This document shows, in pieces, positions 11,472-22,387 of a DNA stretch of 64,000 nucleotides. Origin of the DNA: Candidatus Pampinifervens sinense. GTDB lineage: Bacteria > Aquificota > Aquificia > Aquificales > Aquificaceae. Within the stretch, counting starts at the first letter, position 1. The number at the start of each line of letters is the position of its first letter. The position numbers and the translations under genes are program-made. The notes beneath the pieces are model-generated. The model was not told where the DNA came from, did not search any database, and was given only the letters and a program-made list of their open reading frames with translations. The stretch covers positions 96,001 through 160,000 of the forward strand of contig JAXSPP010000002.1 of the NCBI GenBank assembly GCA_037927135.1. Direction: 5' to 3'.

Positions 11472-12376
11472 ACAAGAGCTTCTTGCAAGATTCTGTTTAA
11501 CTCTCCTAAAAAGTTCCTAACGGCAGGGCTTTGTGGCCTATCTTTGCTGTAGATAAGATAGAACTTCCTCACAAGAGGGTCCATTCCATCAACCTTTAAA
11601 ACCTTTACCTCTGGAGGCTTAAACCTTTTTAACACATGAGAGGACAAAAAGGAAACAGCCCTAATATTCCTTAAAGCTTCTATAATAACCTCGTTTTTGT
11701 TTGCCACCAAAACTATATTAAGATTACTTACATCTACACCCATGGACCTTAAAAAGTTCTCCACAAACCTCCTTGTTCCAGAGGTTTCTTCTCTGAGAAG
11801 GAAGGGCAATTTTACAAGCTCCTCCAAGCTTATCCTCTTCTTCACACCCGGACCACCAAGAAAGACTATGTTATCCTCCCATACTTCCTTTACCTCAATC
11901 CTTGGGTCCTCATACTTTACACCCACAAAGCCAAAATCCACCTCCCCAGCCTCAACCTTTCTGATGACTATGTAAGAGTCTTCCACCATAAGGTCTATTT
12001 TTGTATTTGGGTTTTTGTTAATATACCTGCTTATAATGTCTGGCAGAAGGTAGCTTCCCGGTATGGAGCTGGCGCCTATCTTTATATGGCCTTTGTAATA
12101 GCCTGAGACAAGCCTTATCTCTTCTATGATGGATTGCTTTAATTCTACCAACCTTTTTGCATAGGGGTATAGCATATGGGCGTTGCTCGTAGGAAGGTAT
12201 CTTTTTCCTTTTTTATAAAAGAGTTTAAGACCTATTGATTTTTCCAAATTATGCATATGAAAGCTTATGGTGGACTGGGAAAGGTGCAAACAATCTGAAC
12301 TTTTGGATATGCTACCTTTTTCATACACGCAACAGAAGATCTCCAAAAGCCTTAGGTCTATGTCTATTGGTTTCAT
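11468..12376 (-). CDS. LysR-family transcriptional regulator (CysL/CmpR-like)
   Basis: N-terminal HTH ([16 protein letters not shown]), [17 protein letters not shown]. Confidence 0.9.
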   Translation of the reverse strand: MKPIDIDLRLLEIFCCVYEKGSISKSSDCLHLSQSTISFHMHNLEKSIGLKLFYKKGKRYLPTSNAHMLYPYAKRLVELKQSIIEEIRLVSGYYKGHIKIGASSIPGSYLLPDIISRYINKNPNTKIDLMVEDSYIVIRKVEAGEVDFGFVGVKYEDPRIEVKEVWEDNIVFLGGPGVKKRISLEELVKLPFLLREETSGTRRFVENFLRSMGVDVSNLNIVLVANKNEVIIEALRNIRAVSFLSSHVLKRFKPPEVKVLKVDGMDPLVRKFYLIYSKDRPQSPAVRNFLGELNRILQEALV

Positions 12377-12438
12377 CTTTTGCTAAAAGGTTAGTTGAAA
12401 ACTTATACATTTCAATGAGTCTTCTCATAGCTTTTTGT

Positions 12439-13395
12439 TTATAGATTCACCTTTTCCTCTATCAAAAAGGGCTTTTCCTCTTTTGTTCGGTAGTATATCC
12501 TTACTAAAAGCTCCGCTATTATGCCTGTAGATATTAGCTGTATGCCAGCCAAAGTAAAAAGCACGCTGAGGATAAGCAAGGGCCTTCGGCCTATATCCTC
12601 ATCCATAAAGAGCTTTATAAAGATAAGGTAAAAGAGCATTAAAAGGCCAAGACTCAAAAGCAAAAAGCCAAAGGTTCCAAAGACATACATGGGCTTGTTT
12701 AGGTATTCGTTTAAAAACTTCACCAAGAATATGTCCAGTATGACCCTTATGGTCCTTCCTATACCATACTTGGACCTGCCATAGATCCTCGGATGATGTC
12801 TTACCGGAATTTCCGTTATCTTTGCTCCAAGCCTTTTAGTGAGGGCTGGCAAAAATCTGTGCATATCTCCATAAAGCTCAAGGCTTTTTACTATGTGGGA
12901 CCTATAGGCCTTTAGGGTGCATCCATAATCGTGGAGTTCCACACCTGTAACCTTTGATATGATCCAGTTGGCTATCATGGAAGGAAGCTTCCTTGAGAAG
13001 AAAGGGTCCTTTCTGTCCTTCCTCCAACCGCTTACAATATCGTAGCCTTCTTCCAGCTTTTCTAAAAGCCTTGGTATGTCCTCCGGGTCGTTCTGTAAGT
13101 CCGCATCCATGGTTATGATGACCTCTCCGCTGGCATGCTGAAAGCCAGCATACATGGCAGCAGTCTGCCCATAGTTTTTCCTAAACCTTATGAGTTTTAC
13201 CCTATTGTCCTCCTTGGCTATAGCCACCAACCTTTCCCATGTGCCATCTGTAGAACCATCATCCACAAAGATTATCTCATACTCCCTATCAAAGCCCTTT
13301 AACACTTCCTTTAGCTTTTGATATAAAAGTGGCACATTCTCCTCTTCGTTATAGGCTGGTATGACTATGGAAAGATATACGCCTTCAGACTTCAT
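12439..13395 (-). CDS. GT2 glycosyltransferase (ArnC/GtrB-like polyprenol-phosphate glycosyltransferase)
   Basis: SIVIPAYNEE, VDDGSTD, MDADLQND, two C-terminal TMs. Confidence 0.9.
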   Translation of the reverse strand: MKSEGVYLSIVIPAYNEEENVPLLYQKLKEVLKGFDREYEIIFVDDGSTDGTWERLVAIAKEDNRVKLIRFRKNYGQTAAMYAGFQHASGEVIITMDADLQNDPEDIPRLLEKLEEGYDIVSGWRKDRKDPFFSRKLPSMIANWIISKVTGVELHDYGCTLKAYRSHIVKSLELYGDMHRFLPALTKRLGAKITEIPVRHHPRIYGRSKYGIGRTIRVILDIFLVKFLNEYLNKPMYVFGTFGFLLLSLGLLMLFYLIFIKLFMDEDIGRRPLLILSVLFTLAGIQLISTGIIAELLVRIYYRTKEEKPFLIEEKVNL

Positions 13396-14044
13396 ACCTT
13401 CCCTCGGACCTAAGGATTACATAAATGTGCCTTCCCTTTTCCCTTATGTCTTCCACCCTATAGTCGTAGAAGTTTATCCTATGAAGGTCAGAAAGTTGAA
13501 GATCTTTCTCCGCTATATACCTTAGGGTGTAGGCATAATGCTTGGCTGGGTTCATAACCTTTTTGTCCTTCCTGTAATACTCAAAGCTTACCACCTTTTC
13601 CACATTTGAGAAGTCAAAAAGGGAGAGGTATTCCTTTGAAATGAAAGGAAAGACCACCTTACCCTTTAAAAGCCTTGGGGAAACATTTTTTATATGAGGC
13701 TTCCAAAAGTGAAAGAGACTTTTGCCCTCATAAACATCCTTCCAGCCTATGGGTGCATAGGGCACACAGGCCTTTGGCTTTACAAGCCCATAGATAGGAG
13801 ATAGAACATAGGAGTTCTCATTTATATATTCCATGACCTTTGGAGGCATTACCCACATCTCCAAGCTCTCCCAAAAGGGCCCACCAAACCTTCTATAAAG
13901 TGGCGCAATAAAACCATCTTGAGAAAAGGCCTTTTCCAAAAGCCTTGAGAAAGGCTCAAACTCCAAAAGGCTGTAGCCACTATCACAGTCTCTAAGGTTT
14001 ATCCTGTGCTGTCTTTTGCTGTAAGGCAGTAAGAAAAGGAACAT
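13385..14044 (-). CDS. YaaA/DUF328-like protein
   Basis: LLPYSKRQ, LYRRFGG, LSPIYGLVKP, FWK, SKEY resemble YaaA motifs. Confidence 0.65.
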   Translation of the reverse strand: MFLFLLPYSKRQHRINLRDCDSGYSLLEFEPFSRLLEKAFSQDGFIAPLYRRFGGPFWESLEMWVMPPKVMEYINENSYVLSPIYGLVKPKACVPYAPIGWKDVYEGKSLFHFWKPHIKNVSPRLLKGKVVFPFISKEYLSLFDFSNVEKVVSFEYYRKDKKVMNPAKHYAYTLRYIAEKDLQLSDLHRINFYDYRVEDIREKGRHIYVILRSEGRYEV

Positions 14045-14061
14045 GTCTAAAATTATAAAGC

Positions 14062-14811
14062 ATGAAGCTAAAAAAACATTTAGGACAGCATCTGCTTGTG
14101 GCTCCTGGTGTTTTGGACCGAATAGCTCAGCTTATTGACCCAAGGGAGGGAGAGGTTTTGGTGGAGATAGGTCCAGGAACGGGAAACCTTACAAAAAGGG
14201 TTCTTGCATATCCTTTTAAGGAACTCCACCTTTTGGAGATAGACCAAGATATGGTAAGAAGCTTAAGGGAAAGCATAAAGGACCCAAGGGTAGTTATCCA
14301 TGAGGCGGACGCAGTAAGCTTTGATTTTTGCAGTCTTGGAGAAAATCTCAAGGTTTTTGGAAATTTGCCCTACAATGTGGCAAGCCTCATAGTTGAAAAC
14401 ACCGTCTTTCATCACCGATGCATACCTCAAGCGATCTATATGCTTCAAAAGGAGGTGGCCGAAAAGATACAAAAGGGACCCTCTTGGCTTTCTACCTTTG
14501 TGAGAACCTTTTACAAAGTGGAATACCTTATGAGCATACCAAGTAGGTTTTTCTATCCAAAGCCCAAGGTGCAATCCGGCCTTATAAGGCTTACAAGAAA
14601 GGAAGAGTTGCCAGAGATTGACCTAAAGGACTATAAGAACTTCTTGACAAGGCTATACTCCATGAGAAGGAAGGCTATAAAGCATAAGCTTCCTGAAGAG
14701 GTTTTGCGTGAGCTCTCCATAGATCCACTGTGCAGGGTAGATGCCCTTGATCCAGAGAAGCTCCTTTTGATTTATAATATCCAGCAAAAGGTGAGAGGTG
14801 ATAAGAGATGA
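14062..14811 (+). CDS. rsmA: 16S rRNA m6(2)A dimethyltransferase
   Basis: KKHLGQHLL, EIGPGTG, GNLPYN, QKEVA, F.PKPKVQS. Confidence 0.95.
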   Translation: MKLKKHLGQHLLVAPGVLDRIAQLIDPREGEVLVEIGPGTGNLTKRVLAYPFKELHLLEIDQDMVRSLRESIKDPRVVIHEADAVSFDFCSLGENLKVFGNLPYNVASLIVENTVFHHRCIPQAIYMLQKEVAEKIQKGPSWLSTFVRTFYKVEYLMSIPSRFFYPKPKVQSGLIRLTRKEELPEIDLKDYKNFLTRLYSMRRKAIKHKLPEEVLRELSIDPLCRVDALDPEKLLLIYNIQQKVRGDKR

Positions 14812-15650
14812 TGGACACCTTTTTTATTGAAAGGGATCCTTACGCTCCTATCAGGCATTGCTACCCTATAAGCAACATACTTTACTATGGAAAGAGTGAA
14901 TACCAGGAGATCATGGTTCTGGAATCTCCTCACTTTGGAAGGATCCTTGTCCTTGATGGTGTGGCCCAGTGCGACGAAAGATACGAGTTTATATACCACG
15001 AGTATATGGCCCATGTGCCCCTTTATGCCCATCCAAACCCTGAAAATGTCCTTATAATAGGCGGTGGTGATGGTGGAGTTTTAAGAGAGGTTCTAAAGCA
15101 TCCAGAGGTAAAAAGGGCTGTCCTTGTAGATATAGATAAGGAAGTTATTGAAGTTTCAAAGAGGTTTTTGCCCACTATGGCCTCTGCCTTTGAGGATCCA
15201 AGGGCCATTGTGCTTAACGAGGACGGCTATAAATACATACAAGATTATGAAAACGAGTTTGATGTGATTATAGTGGATTCTACAGACCCTGTGGGTTTTG
15301 CCCATGTGCTAACAACAGAGGAGTTCTTCAGGTATGTCTATAGAGCCCTCAAGGAGGATGGTATCTATGTAGGGCAAACGGAATCTATCCATTACCACCT
15401 TGAAATAGTAAGGAGGATACAAAGGGCTCTTAAAAAGATATTCCCCATAGTGGACCTATACACCGCCGTAATACCCGGCTATGCTGGATACTGGTGGACC
15501 ATGTCCATAGCTTCAAAGAAGTATCCTGTGAGGGAGCCATCAAGGCCTGTAAAGGTTCAGACAAAGCTCTATTCAGAGGATATGCACAGATACGCCTTTT
15601 TGCCCCAAAGCTTCTATGAAAAGCTCATATCGGGAGAATACGTCTTTTAG
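14808..15650 (+). CDS. speE: Polyamine aminopropyltransferase (spermidine synthase)
   Basis: SEYQEI, LDG..Q, YHE, IGGGDGG, DSTDP. Confidence 0.93.
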   Translation: MMDTFFIERDPYAPIRHCYPISNILYYGKSEYQEIMVLESPHFGRILVLDGVAQCDERYEFIYHEYMAHVPLYAHPNPENVLIIGGGDGGVLREVLKHPEVKRAVLVDIDKEVIEVSKRFLPTMASAFEDPRAIVLNEDGYKYIQDYENEFDVIIVDSTDPVGFAHVLTTEEFFRYVYRALKEDGIYVGQTESIHYHLEIVRRIQRALKKIFPIVDLYTAVIPGYAGYWWTMSIASKKYPVREPSRPVKVQTKLYSEDMHRYAFLPQSFYEKLISGEYVF

Positions 15651-16087
15651 TATTTTGCTGTAATATAATCCGCTACAGTGGTAGCCGCAACAGACCTTGG
15701 CTTTACCACAGGTTTTAGTCCTTGGGCTAATACATAGCCTATGGCCTCTTTGAGTATTACGCTGGAGTTGTGTTCTGGGTTTGGGTTTATATCAAGGTGG
15801 ACCTCAAAGGGCCTTTGGCCTACCACCTCCGATATCTCAAGGGCAAGATATACCGCCCTGCTTACCTCCTCTAAAAGCCTCTGTCTGAGGGACCTTATGC
15901 GGGGCACCCTATCCACCTTCCAAAAGATCTTGGCACCCCTGCAGGAGTCTATATGGACCACCACTACGGAGACAAATACAGTGTGGTCTTTTACCTGCCT
16001 TGAATCACAGCCCACATAAACAGCAGTCTTTGGAGATGTATTTTTTATATACTCCTTTACCTCCTCTATATCCTTTATTAGGGGCAT
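15647..16087 (-). CDS. RNase H-like YkuK/DUF458 family protein
   Basis: VYVGCDS, LRQRLLEE, EVHLDIN, VKP..AA..VAD. Confidence 0.8.
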   Translation of the reverse strand: MPLIKDIEEVKEYIKNTSPKTAVYVGCDSRQVKDHTVFVSVVVVHIDSCRGAKIFWKVDRVPRIRSLRQRLLEEVSRAVYLALEISEVVGQRPFEVHLDINPNPEHNSSVILKEAIGYVLAQGLKPVVKPRSVAATTVADYITAKY

Positions 16088-16135
16088 GGGAATATTTTAA
16101 AGCTACTAAGGACCACAAGGATTAAATTAGTTTTT

Positions 16136-16327
16136 GTGGAGGATGTTTTTACGACTTTTCTGTCCTATGTGATTGTAGGCCTTGTCCTTTCTGTTGTATT
16201 TGCCTTACTCCTTATAATATTCTCTCCAGCAATACAAGCCTTTATCGTTCTCCTTACCACCATATACATCTTAATAGTTAAACCTCTTATAAGGCTTATT
16301 GTAAAACCTTTCAGAAAAGTGGTTTAA
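16136..16327 (+). CDS. Small hypothetical two-TM membrane protein
   Basis: 63-aa hydrophobic ORF, GTG start preceded by TAAATT. Confidence 0.5.
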   Translation: MEDVFTTFLSYVIVGLVLSVVFALLLIIFSPAIQAFIVLLTTIYILIVKPLIRLIVKPFRKVV

Positions 16328-16330
16328 AGC

Positions 16331-16428
16331 AGGCTTGGCATAAGAACAACTCCCCTTTTATAAGCATGAATGGAGAGGTCTTAGAAGGAGGGCCATCGGA
16401 AGAGGACTTAAACAAACTCATAGATTAG
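16331..16428 (+). pseudogene. C-terminal remnant of a DsbA/DsbC-like thioredoxin-fold gene
   Basis: Restoring one base near 16355 gives RLGIRTTP(T)FISMNGEVLEGGPSEEDLNKLID*, like the cis-Pro GxxGTPTF motif; no N-terminal part present. Confidence 0.5.
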
Positions 16429-16443
16429 CCTATATTTATCCCT

Positions 16444-16953
16444 ATGAGGACCATAAGCAAAGAACAGCTAAAAGAACTCTACGATAAGGATTTTCCACTG
16501 TGGGTAGAGATTAACTTAGAACTCCTTAGAGAAAAGGCTTATGATTTGGTAGATTGGGAGAATCTCTTAGAGGAGATAGAGGATATGGCAAGGTCAGAAC
16601 TAAGGGCATGCAGGAGCCACCTTGCAAGGATTTTAGAACACCTATACAAGTGGGACCACTTCAGAAGGCTAACAAAAGCTGGAGAAGAAAAAGGAGGACT
16701 TAGCTGGATAATAACTGTAGAGCTTGCAAGGAAAGAAATAGAATACCTTTTTGAGGAGTATCCAAGCCTACGGGCTAAACTACCCAAAGAACTAGAGCTT
16801 GCATGGAAAGAAGCTTCTCTTAGGCTAATGAAGTGGCTTGCAAAGATTGGAGAAGACCCAAAGGACTACCACATTCCAGAAAAATGTCCCTACACCTACG
16901 AAGAGGCTATGACAAGAGATTTAAGAAAGGAGATGGAAAGGCTTAGAGAGTAG
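16444..16953 (+). CDS. DUF29 family protein
   Basis: LYDKDFPLW, DWENLLEEIEDM, LEHLYKW, PSL, PEKCPYT. Confidence 0.88.
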   Translation: MRTISKEQLKELYDKDFPLWVEINLELLREKAYDLVDWENLLEEIEDMARSELRACRSHLARILEHLYKWDHFRRLTKAGEEKGGLSWIITVELARKEIEYLFEEYPSLRAKLPKELELAWKEASLRLMKWLAKIGEDPKDYHIPEKCPYTYEEAMTRDLRKEMERLRE

Positions 16954-16975
16954 TTTCTTCCTCTTTTATATTCCA

Positions 16976-17071
16976 CTTTACATCCCACATAGTTCAGATA
17001 AAACGAGTTCTTTGCGAATGCTCCTTATAAATTGTTCTTATCCTTTACATCCCACACAGTTCAGATAAAAC
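16976..17071 (-). CRISPR. Orphan CRISPR mini-array: two 29-bp repeats and one 38-bp spacer
   Basis: Repeats at 16976-17004 and 17043-17071 (minus strand GTTTTATCTGAACTRTGTGGGATGTAAAG, 1 mismatch); spacer 17005-17042; partial degenerate repeat at 16964-16976; no cas genes in window. Confidence 0.85.
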
Positions 17072-17300
17072 CCAACACCTACCACCTAAAGCTAATATAG
17101 ATAATACACCAATTTTAGGCATCTGTCAAGTAGTTCAAGTGGGGTTATTTTTCCGCGAACCTCCAGTTGGGAATTGAGAATTTTTCGCAAATAGGCTTCT
17201 AAGTCTTGATATATCTTATCCAGAAGGCTATGAACCCAAAAGGTAGGTTCGCGGATGATTAAGAGATGATAAAGTAAGTTTTTGTGTTTTTGTCTCAAAG
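17072..17300 (-). promoter_or_regulatory. CRISPR leader with sigma70 promoter
   Basis: Minus-strand TTGACA (17129-17124)-17 bp-TATTAT (17106-17101) pointing into the array; 11-bp inverted repeat at 17152-17162/17245-17255. Confidence 0.75.
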
Positions 17301-17339
17301 AGTTTTGGCACGCATTGTAGTTATGAGATAATTTTATGC

Positions 17340-18110
17340 ATGCACCCTATCCTTGAAAAGGTAAGGCTATCGGAAGAGGCATGTCTTTTGAAGATAAAGG
17401 CACCACACATAGCCAGTGCAAAGCCAGGGCAGTTTGTTATGGTACAGTACACAGAGCTGTCCGAGCTTATACCCCTTGCCATACTCTCCACCTATGAGGA
17501 GGGCTTTACATGCCTTGTAAAGGCTGTGGGAAGAAGTACCCTTGAACTCATAGAAGAGGCACAGGAGCTAAGATATGTGGCTGGACCTCTCGGAAGGCCC
17601 TTTCCAATAAAGCCCTATGGCAAAGTTGCCTTTTATACACACTCTTGGGGCATCGCACCAGCCCTGATGGTAGCAAGGGCACTAAAGAAGGAGGGAAATC
17701 ATCTTATTCTATTCCACACCTCGGAAGACTTCTACCTTAAGGAGGAAGCCAAAGAGGTCTTTGACGAAGTTTTTCAAGGGAACCCAAAGGCTTTGGATGT
17801 GAACCTGGTGGTCTCTGTGGGTAGCAACAGGCTTTCAAAGGACCTCCTCTCTTTATACCCCCAGACTTCCATAATAAGCATGGTGAACGTGCATATGTTA
17901 GATGCGGTGGGTCTGTGTCTTATTTGCAGGGTTATGGTGGATGGAGAGCAAAGGTTGGCATGTGTGGATGGTCCTTGGTTTGATGCCCATAAGGTAGACT
18001 GGGACAATCTTATAGAGAGAGAAAGGGCTTATGAGGAACAGGAAAGGATAGCCTATGAGGAGTATAGGAAATGGCTTAAAAGGAAGAATTTACAAAACTT
18101 AAGTTTATAA
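17340..18110 (+). CDS. PyrK/NfnA/SudB-family FAD/[2Fe-2S] electron transfer subunit
   Basis: KPGQFVMV, GPLGRPF, MLDAVGLCLICRV, CVDGPWFD. Confidence 0.82.
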   Translation: MHPILEKVRLSEEACLLKIKAPHIASAKPGQFVMVQYTELSELIPLAILSTYEEGFTCLVKAVGRSTLELIEEAQELRYVAGPLGRPFPIKPYGKVAFYTHSWGIAPALMVARALKKEGNHLILFHTSEDFYLKEEAKEVFDEVFQGNPKALDVNLVVSVGSNRLSKDLLSLYPQTSIISMVNVHMLDAVGLCLICRVMVDGEQRLACVDGPWFDAHKVDWDNLIERERAYEEQERIAYEEYRKWLKRKNLQNLSL

Positions 18111-18119
18111 TTTTTGAGC

Positions 18120-19926
<1,807 letters not shown>

Positions 19927-19937
19927 GGCTATCTAAA

Positions 19938-20648
19938 TTATATGCAAACTTTATGCCACTCTTTTAAAAGCTCTACCACCTTTTCCACAGTAGGTTTTTC
20001 TGGCATCTGGCTATCCAGGCCAAGCTCCCTATGGATGAATTCCTTTGTAGTTTTGCCAATGGCTATGATCTTTTTATCCCTCAAAAGCCTTGTGGCTTCT
20101 TCCTTTTGCAAGTTTGCAAGAAGGCCCCTCACAGCCGAAGGGCTGGCAAAAAGTATAACATCTGCCCTTTTTAGCCTATCAATAAGCTCTTCCTTTTCAT
20201 ACAACTTCTCTTTGACCCTATAGACATTTATGGGATATACCTCAAGGCCAAGGGCCTTTAAGCCTTCTATTACCTCATCCCTTCCCACCGCAGACCTTGG
20301 AATAAGCACCCTTCCAGAAAGACCTTCAAAGAGCCTTACAATCTCTTCAGCATAGTAATTTTGGGGCATGGCCCAAACCTTATAGCCCAGCTCTTCCACC
20401 GCCTTCTTTGTTTTTTCACCTACCACCACCACCTTTTCACTACCAAGCTTGTACCTTGAAAGGAACACTCTTGCCGCCCTTGGGCTTTGAAAGACTATAA
20501 AATCAAAGTTTAAAGAAGGGACTTCAAAGTTTAGAACCTCCTCCTCTATCAGAGGGAGTTCAATAACCTCAAAGCCACCCTCTTCAAAAAGGCTTCTATC
20601 CCTTTCTATGTCCTCTAAACTCCTTGTAAGGGCCACCTTAATGGCCAT
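19938..20648 (-). CDS. hemD: Uroporphyrinogen-III synthase
   Basis: ALTR, FQSPRA, VGEKT, VY, FASPSAV, AIGKTT. Confidence 0.88.
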   Translation of the reverse strand: MAIKVALTRSLEDIERDRSLFEEGGFEVIELPLIEEEVLNFEVPSLNFDFIVFQSPRAARVFLSRYKLGSEKVVVVGEKTKKAVEELGYKVWAMPQNYYAEEIVRLFEGLSGRVLIPRSAVGRDEVIEGLKALGLEVYPINVYRVKEKLYEKEELIDRLKRADVILFASPSAVRGLLANLQKEEATRLLRDKKIIAIGKTTKEFIHRELGLDSQMPEKPTVEKVVELLKEWHKVCI

Positions 20649-20665
20649 ACATTTAATTTAAACCA

Positions 20666-20926
20666 TCAATCATCGTACCAATGGGCATACTTCTTCCAAT
20701 GTTTATGCCCCTTCTTTTCTATTATCACCACCCTCCCGTAGGGAATGTAATAATAAACAGGATAAGGCCTTATCACAATCACATCTGGACCTCTGTCCAC
20801 ATAAACTACCCTCTCCTCAGGGCAGAAGTTATAGCCAAGGCTTATACCAAAGTAGATCTTATCACTGGCTAAGCTTACACCACAAAGTCCAAACAATGTA
20901 GTACAAAGGGCTAGAAATCTCCTCAT
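20666..20926 (-). CDS. Small secreted hypothetical protein (Pro/Tyr-rich, His/Lys-rich tail)
   Basis: Signal peptide, GGAGG SD upstream. Confidence 0.65.
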   Translation of the reverse strand: MRRFLALCTTLFGLCGVSLASDKIYFGISLGYNFCPEERVVYVDRGPDVIVIRPYPVYYYIPYGRVVIIEKKGHKHWKKYAHWYDD

Positions 20927-21004
20927 AGCTTACCACCTCCTTTTTTTAAAAGTTTTTTGCCAAAAACATGAATGGATTATGAAAATTTGCCTTAAAATAT
21001 ACCC

Positions 21005-21523
21005 ATGGCCCTTGTGTTGCCATACAAGGATAAAGAACCTCACATTCACCCTTCTGTCTTCCTTGCTGAAAATGCTGTTATCATAGGTGATGTGGAGATA
21101 GGCGAGGACTCATCCGTTTGGTATGGGGCGGTCATAAGGGGCGATGTGAACTATATACGTATAGGAAAGGGGACAAACATCCAAGACAACTCTGTAGTAC
21201 ATGTCACCCATGATACTCACCCTACCATAATAGGTGATTATGTGACCGTTGGTCATAGGGTCATTTTGCACGGTTGCAAGATAGGCAACTATGTGTTGGT
21301 GGGTATGGGTGCGGTGGTGATGGATGGTGTGGAGATAGAGGACTATGTGCTTGTGGGTGCTGGTGCCCTTCTTACACCGGGCAAGAGGTTTCCCTCTGGT
21401 GTTTTAGTGGCAGGCTTTCCTGCCAAGGTGGTTAGGGATCTAAGGGAGGAGGAGATAAGGCTTATAAAAGAATCTGCGGAGAACTACATAAATTACAAGA
21501 ATACCTATCTTAAAACAAAATGA
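21005..21523 (+). CDS. Gamma-class carbonic anhydrase family protein (YrdA-like)
   Basis: Hexapeptide repeats, RGD, NIQDNSVVH, TVGH...LHGC. Confidence 0.92.
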   Translation: MALVLPYKDKEPHIHPSVFLAENAVIIGDVEIGEDSSVWYGAVIRGDVNYIRIGKGTNIQDNSVVHVTHDTHPTIIGDYVTVGHRVILHGCKIGNYVLVGMGAVVMDGVEIEDYVLVGAGALLTPGKRFPSGVLVAGFPAKVVRDLREEEIRLIKESAENYINYKNTYLKTK

Positions 21524-22371
21524 AGGTTATACCGCCGCAGGAGAGGTTTTTCAACTTTGAAGATTCGGAGAAGCTAAAGGAGTTTTTCTTAAAAGCCTGT
21601 GAAGTCTTCAAAGGCTACAGGTTTATCATGCTTCCCTCCCTTGAGATATATAGCGATGAGATCTATGGAGAAAGTCCCTTTATAGTGGGTAGCCTTCAAG
21701 ATGGAAGCATTTTGTGTCTTAGGAGGGATTGGACTGTAAGCCTTGCCCGCTTTTTAAGCCTACAGAGGGACCTTTCCCTTCCCCTTAAGGTCTTCTATTG
21801 GGGAAACGTTTTCTCGCCTGGAGGAAGTTTGGAGAGCTATCAGGTGGGAGTGGAGCTTTTAGGAGATCCTACTGTGGAGGCTGAGGTGGAAGTTCTTCAG
21901 GTCATTGGCGACTACCTCAAGGCCTGTGGTATGGAGGATCTCACCCTTAGCCTGGGACATGTGGCCATAGTGGAGGAGCTACTAAAAAGGTATGGAGAGT
22001 CTTATAGGCAAGCCATACTGGAGAAGAACTTTTCCCTTCTTTCTTCTGTAGAGCCACTGAGGGACCTTTTGCTTGCCAACGGTGGCCCTGAGGTGCTTGA
22101 CTCCTTTGAAAAGAAGTATCCGGAGTTCTCTTCCCATTGTGATAGGCTAAGAGAAGTGGCCAAAAGGCTAAAAGGCTTTAACATCCTCTTTGACCTTTCC
22201 GAAATTAGACCAAAAAGCTACTATACAGGCCTAGTCTTTGAATTTTTCCATCCAAAGGTAGGACAGCCCTTGGCGGGGGGAGGAAGGTACGATGGCCTCT
22301 ATAAGAACCTTGGCAAGGACATATGCGCCTTTGGCGGTGCCATTTACCTTGATCTTCTGTTAGAGGTTTAG
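21520..22371 (+). CDS. hisZ: ATP phosphoribosyltransferase regulatory subunit
   Basis: Short HisRS-like protein: [26 protein letters not shown]; no anticodon-binding domain. Confidence 0.85.
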   Translation: MKVIPPQERFFNFEDSEKLKEFFLKACEVFKGYRFIMLPSLEIYSDEIYGESPFIVGSLQDGSILCLRRDWTVSLARFLSLQRDLSLPLKVFYWGNVFSPGGSLESYQVGVELLGDPTVEAEVEVLQVIGDYLKACGMEDLTLSLGHVAIVEELLKRYGESYRQAILEKNFSLLSSVEPLRDLLLANGGPEVLDSFEKKYPEFSSHCDRLREVAKRLKGFNILFDLSEIRPKSYYTGLVFEFFHPKVGQPLAGGGRYDGLYKNLGKDICAFGGAIYLDLLLEV

Positions 22372-22387
22372 CTTAAAATATTCCTAC

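Noticed and set aside
12377-12438. Short inverted repeats upstream of the LysR gene (TTGAAA-N9-TTTCAA, ATGAG-N4-CTCAT)
   Set aside because: Arms of 5-6 bp; possibly autoregulatory but unsupported without conservation data.
17092-17298. 68-aa minus-strand ORF
   Set aside because: Lies wholly in the CRISPR leader and covers its promoter; TTG start, no recognisable motif.
17304-17320. TTGGCACG sigma54-like -24 element
   Set aside because: No GC at the -12 position (reads AG).
20967-20990. ATGAA repeated at 11-bp spacing upstream of the small secreted protein
   Set aside because: Only a 5-bp core, unlike the CTTAAC box, with no matching -10 geometry.
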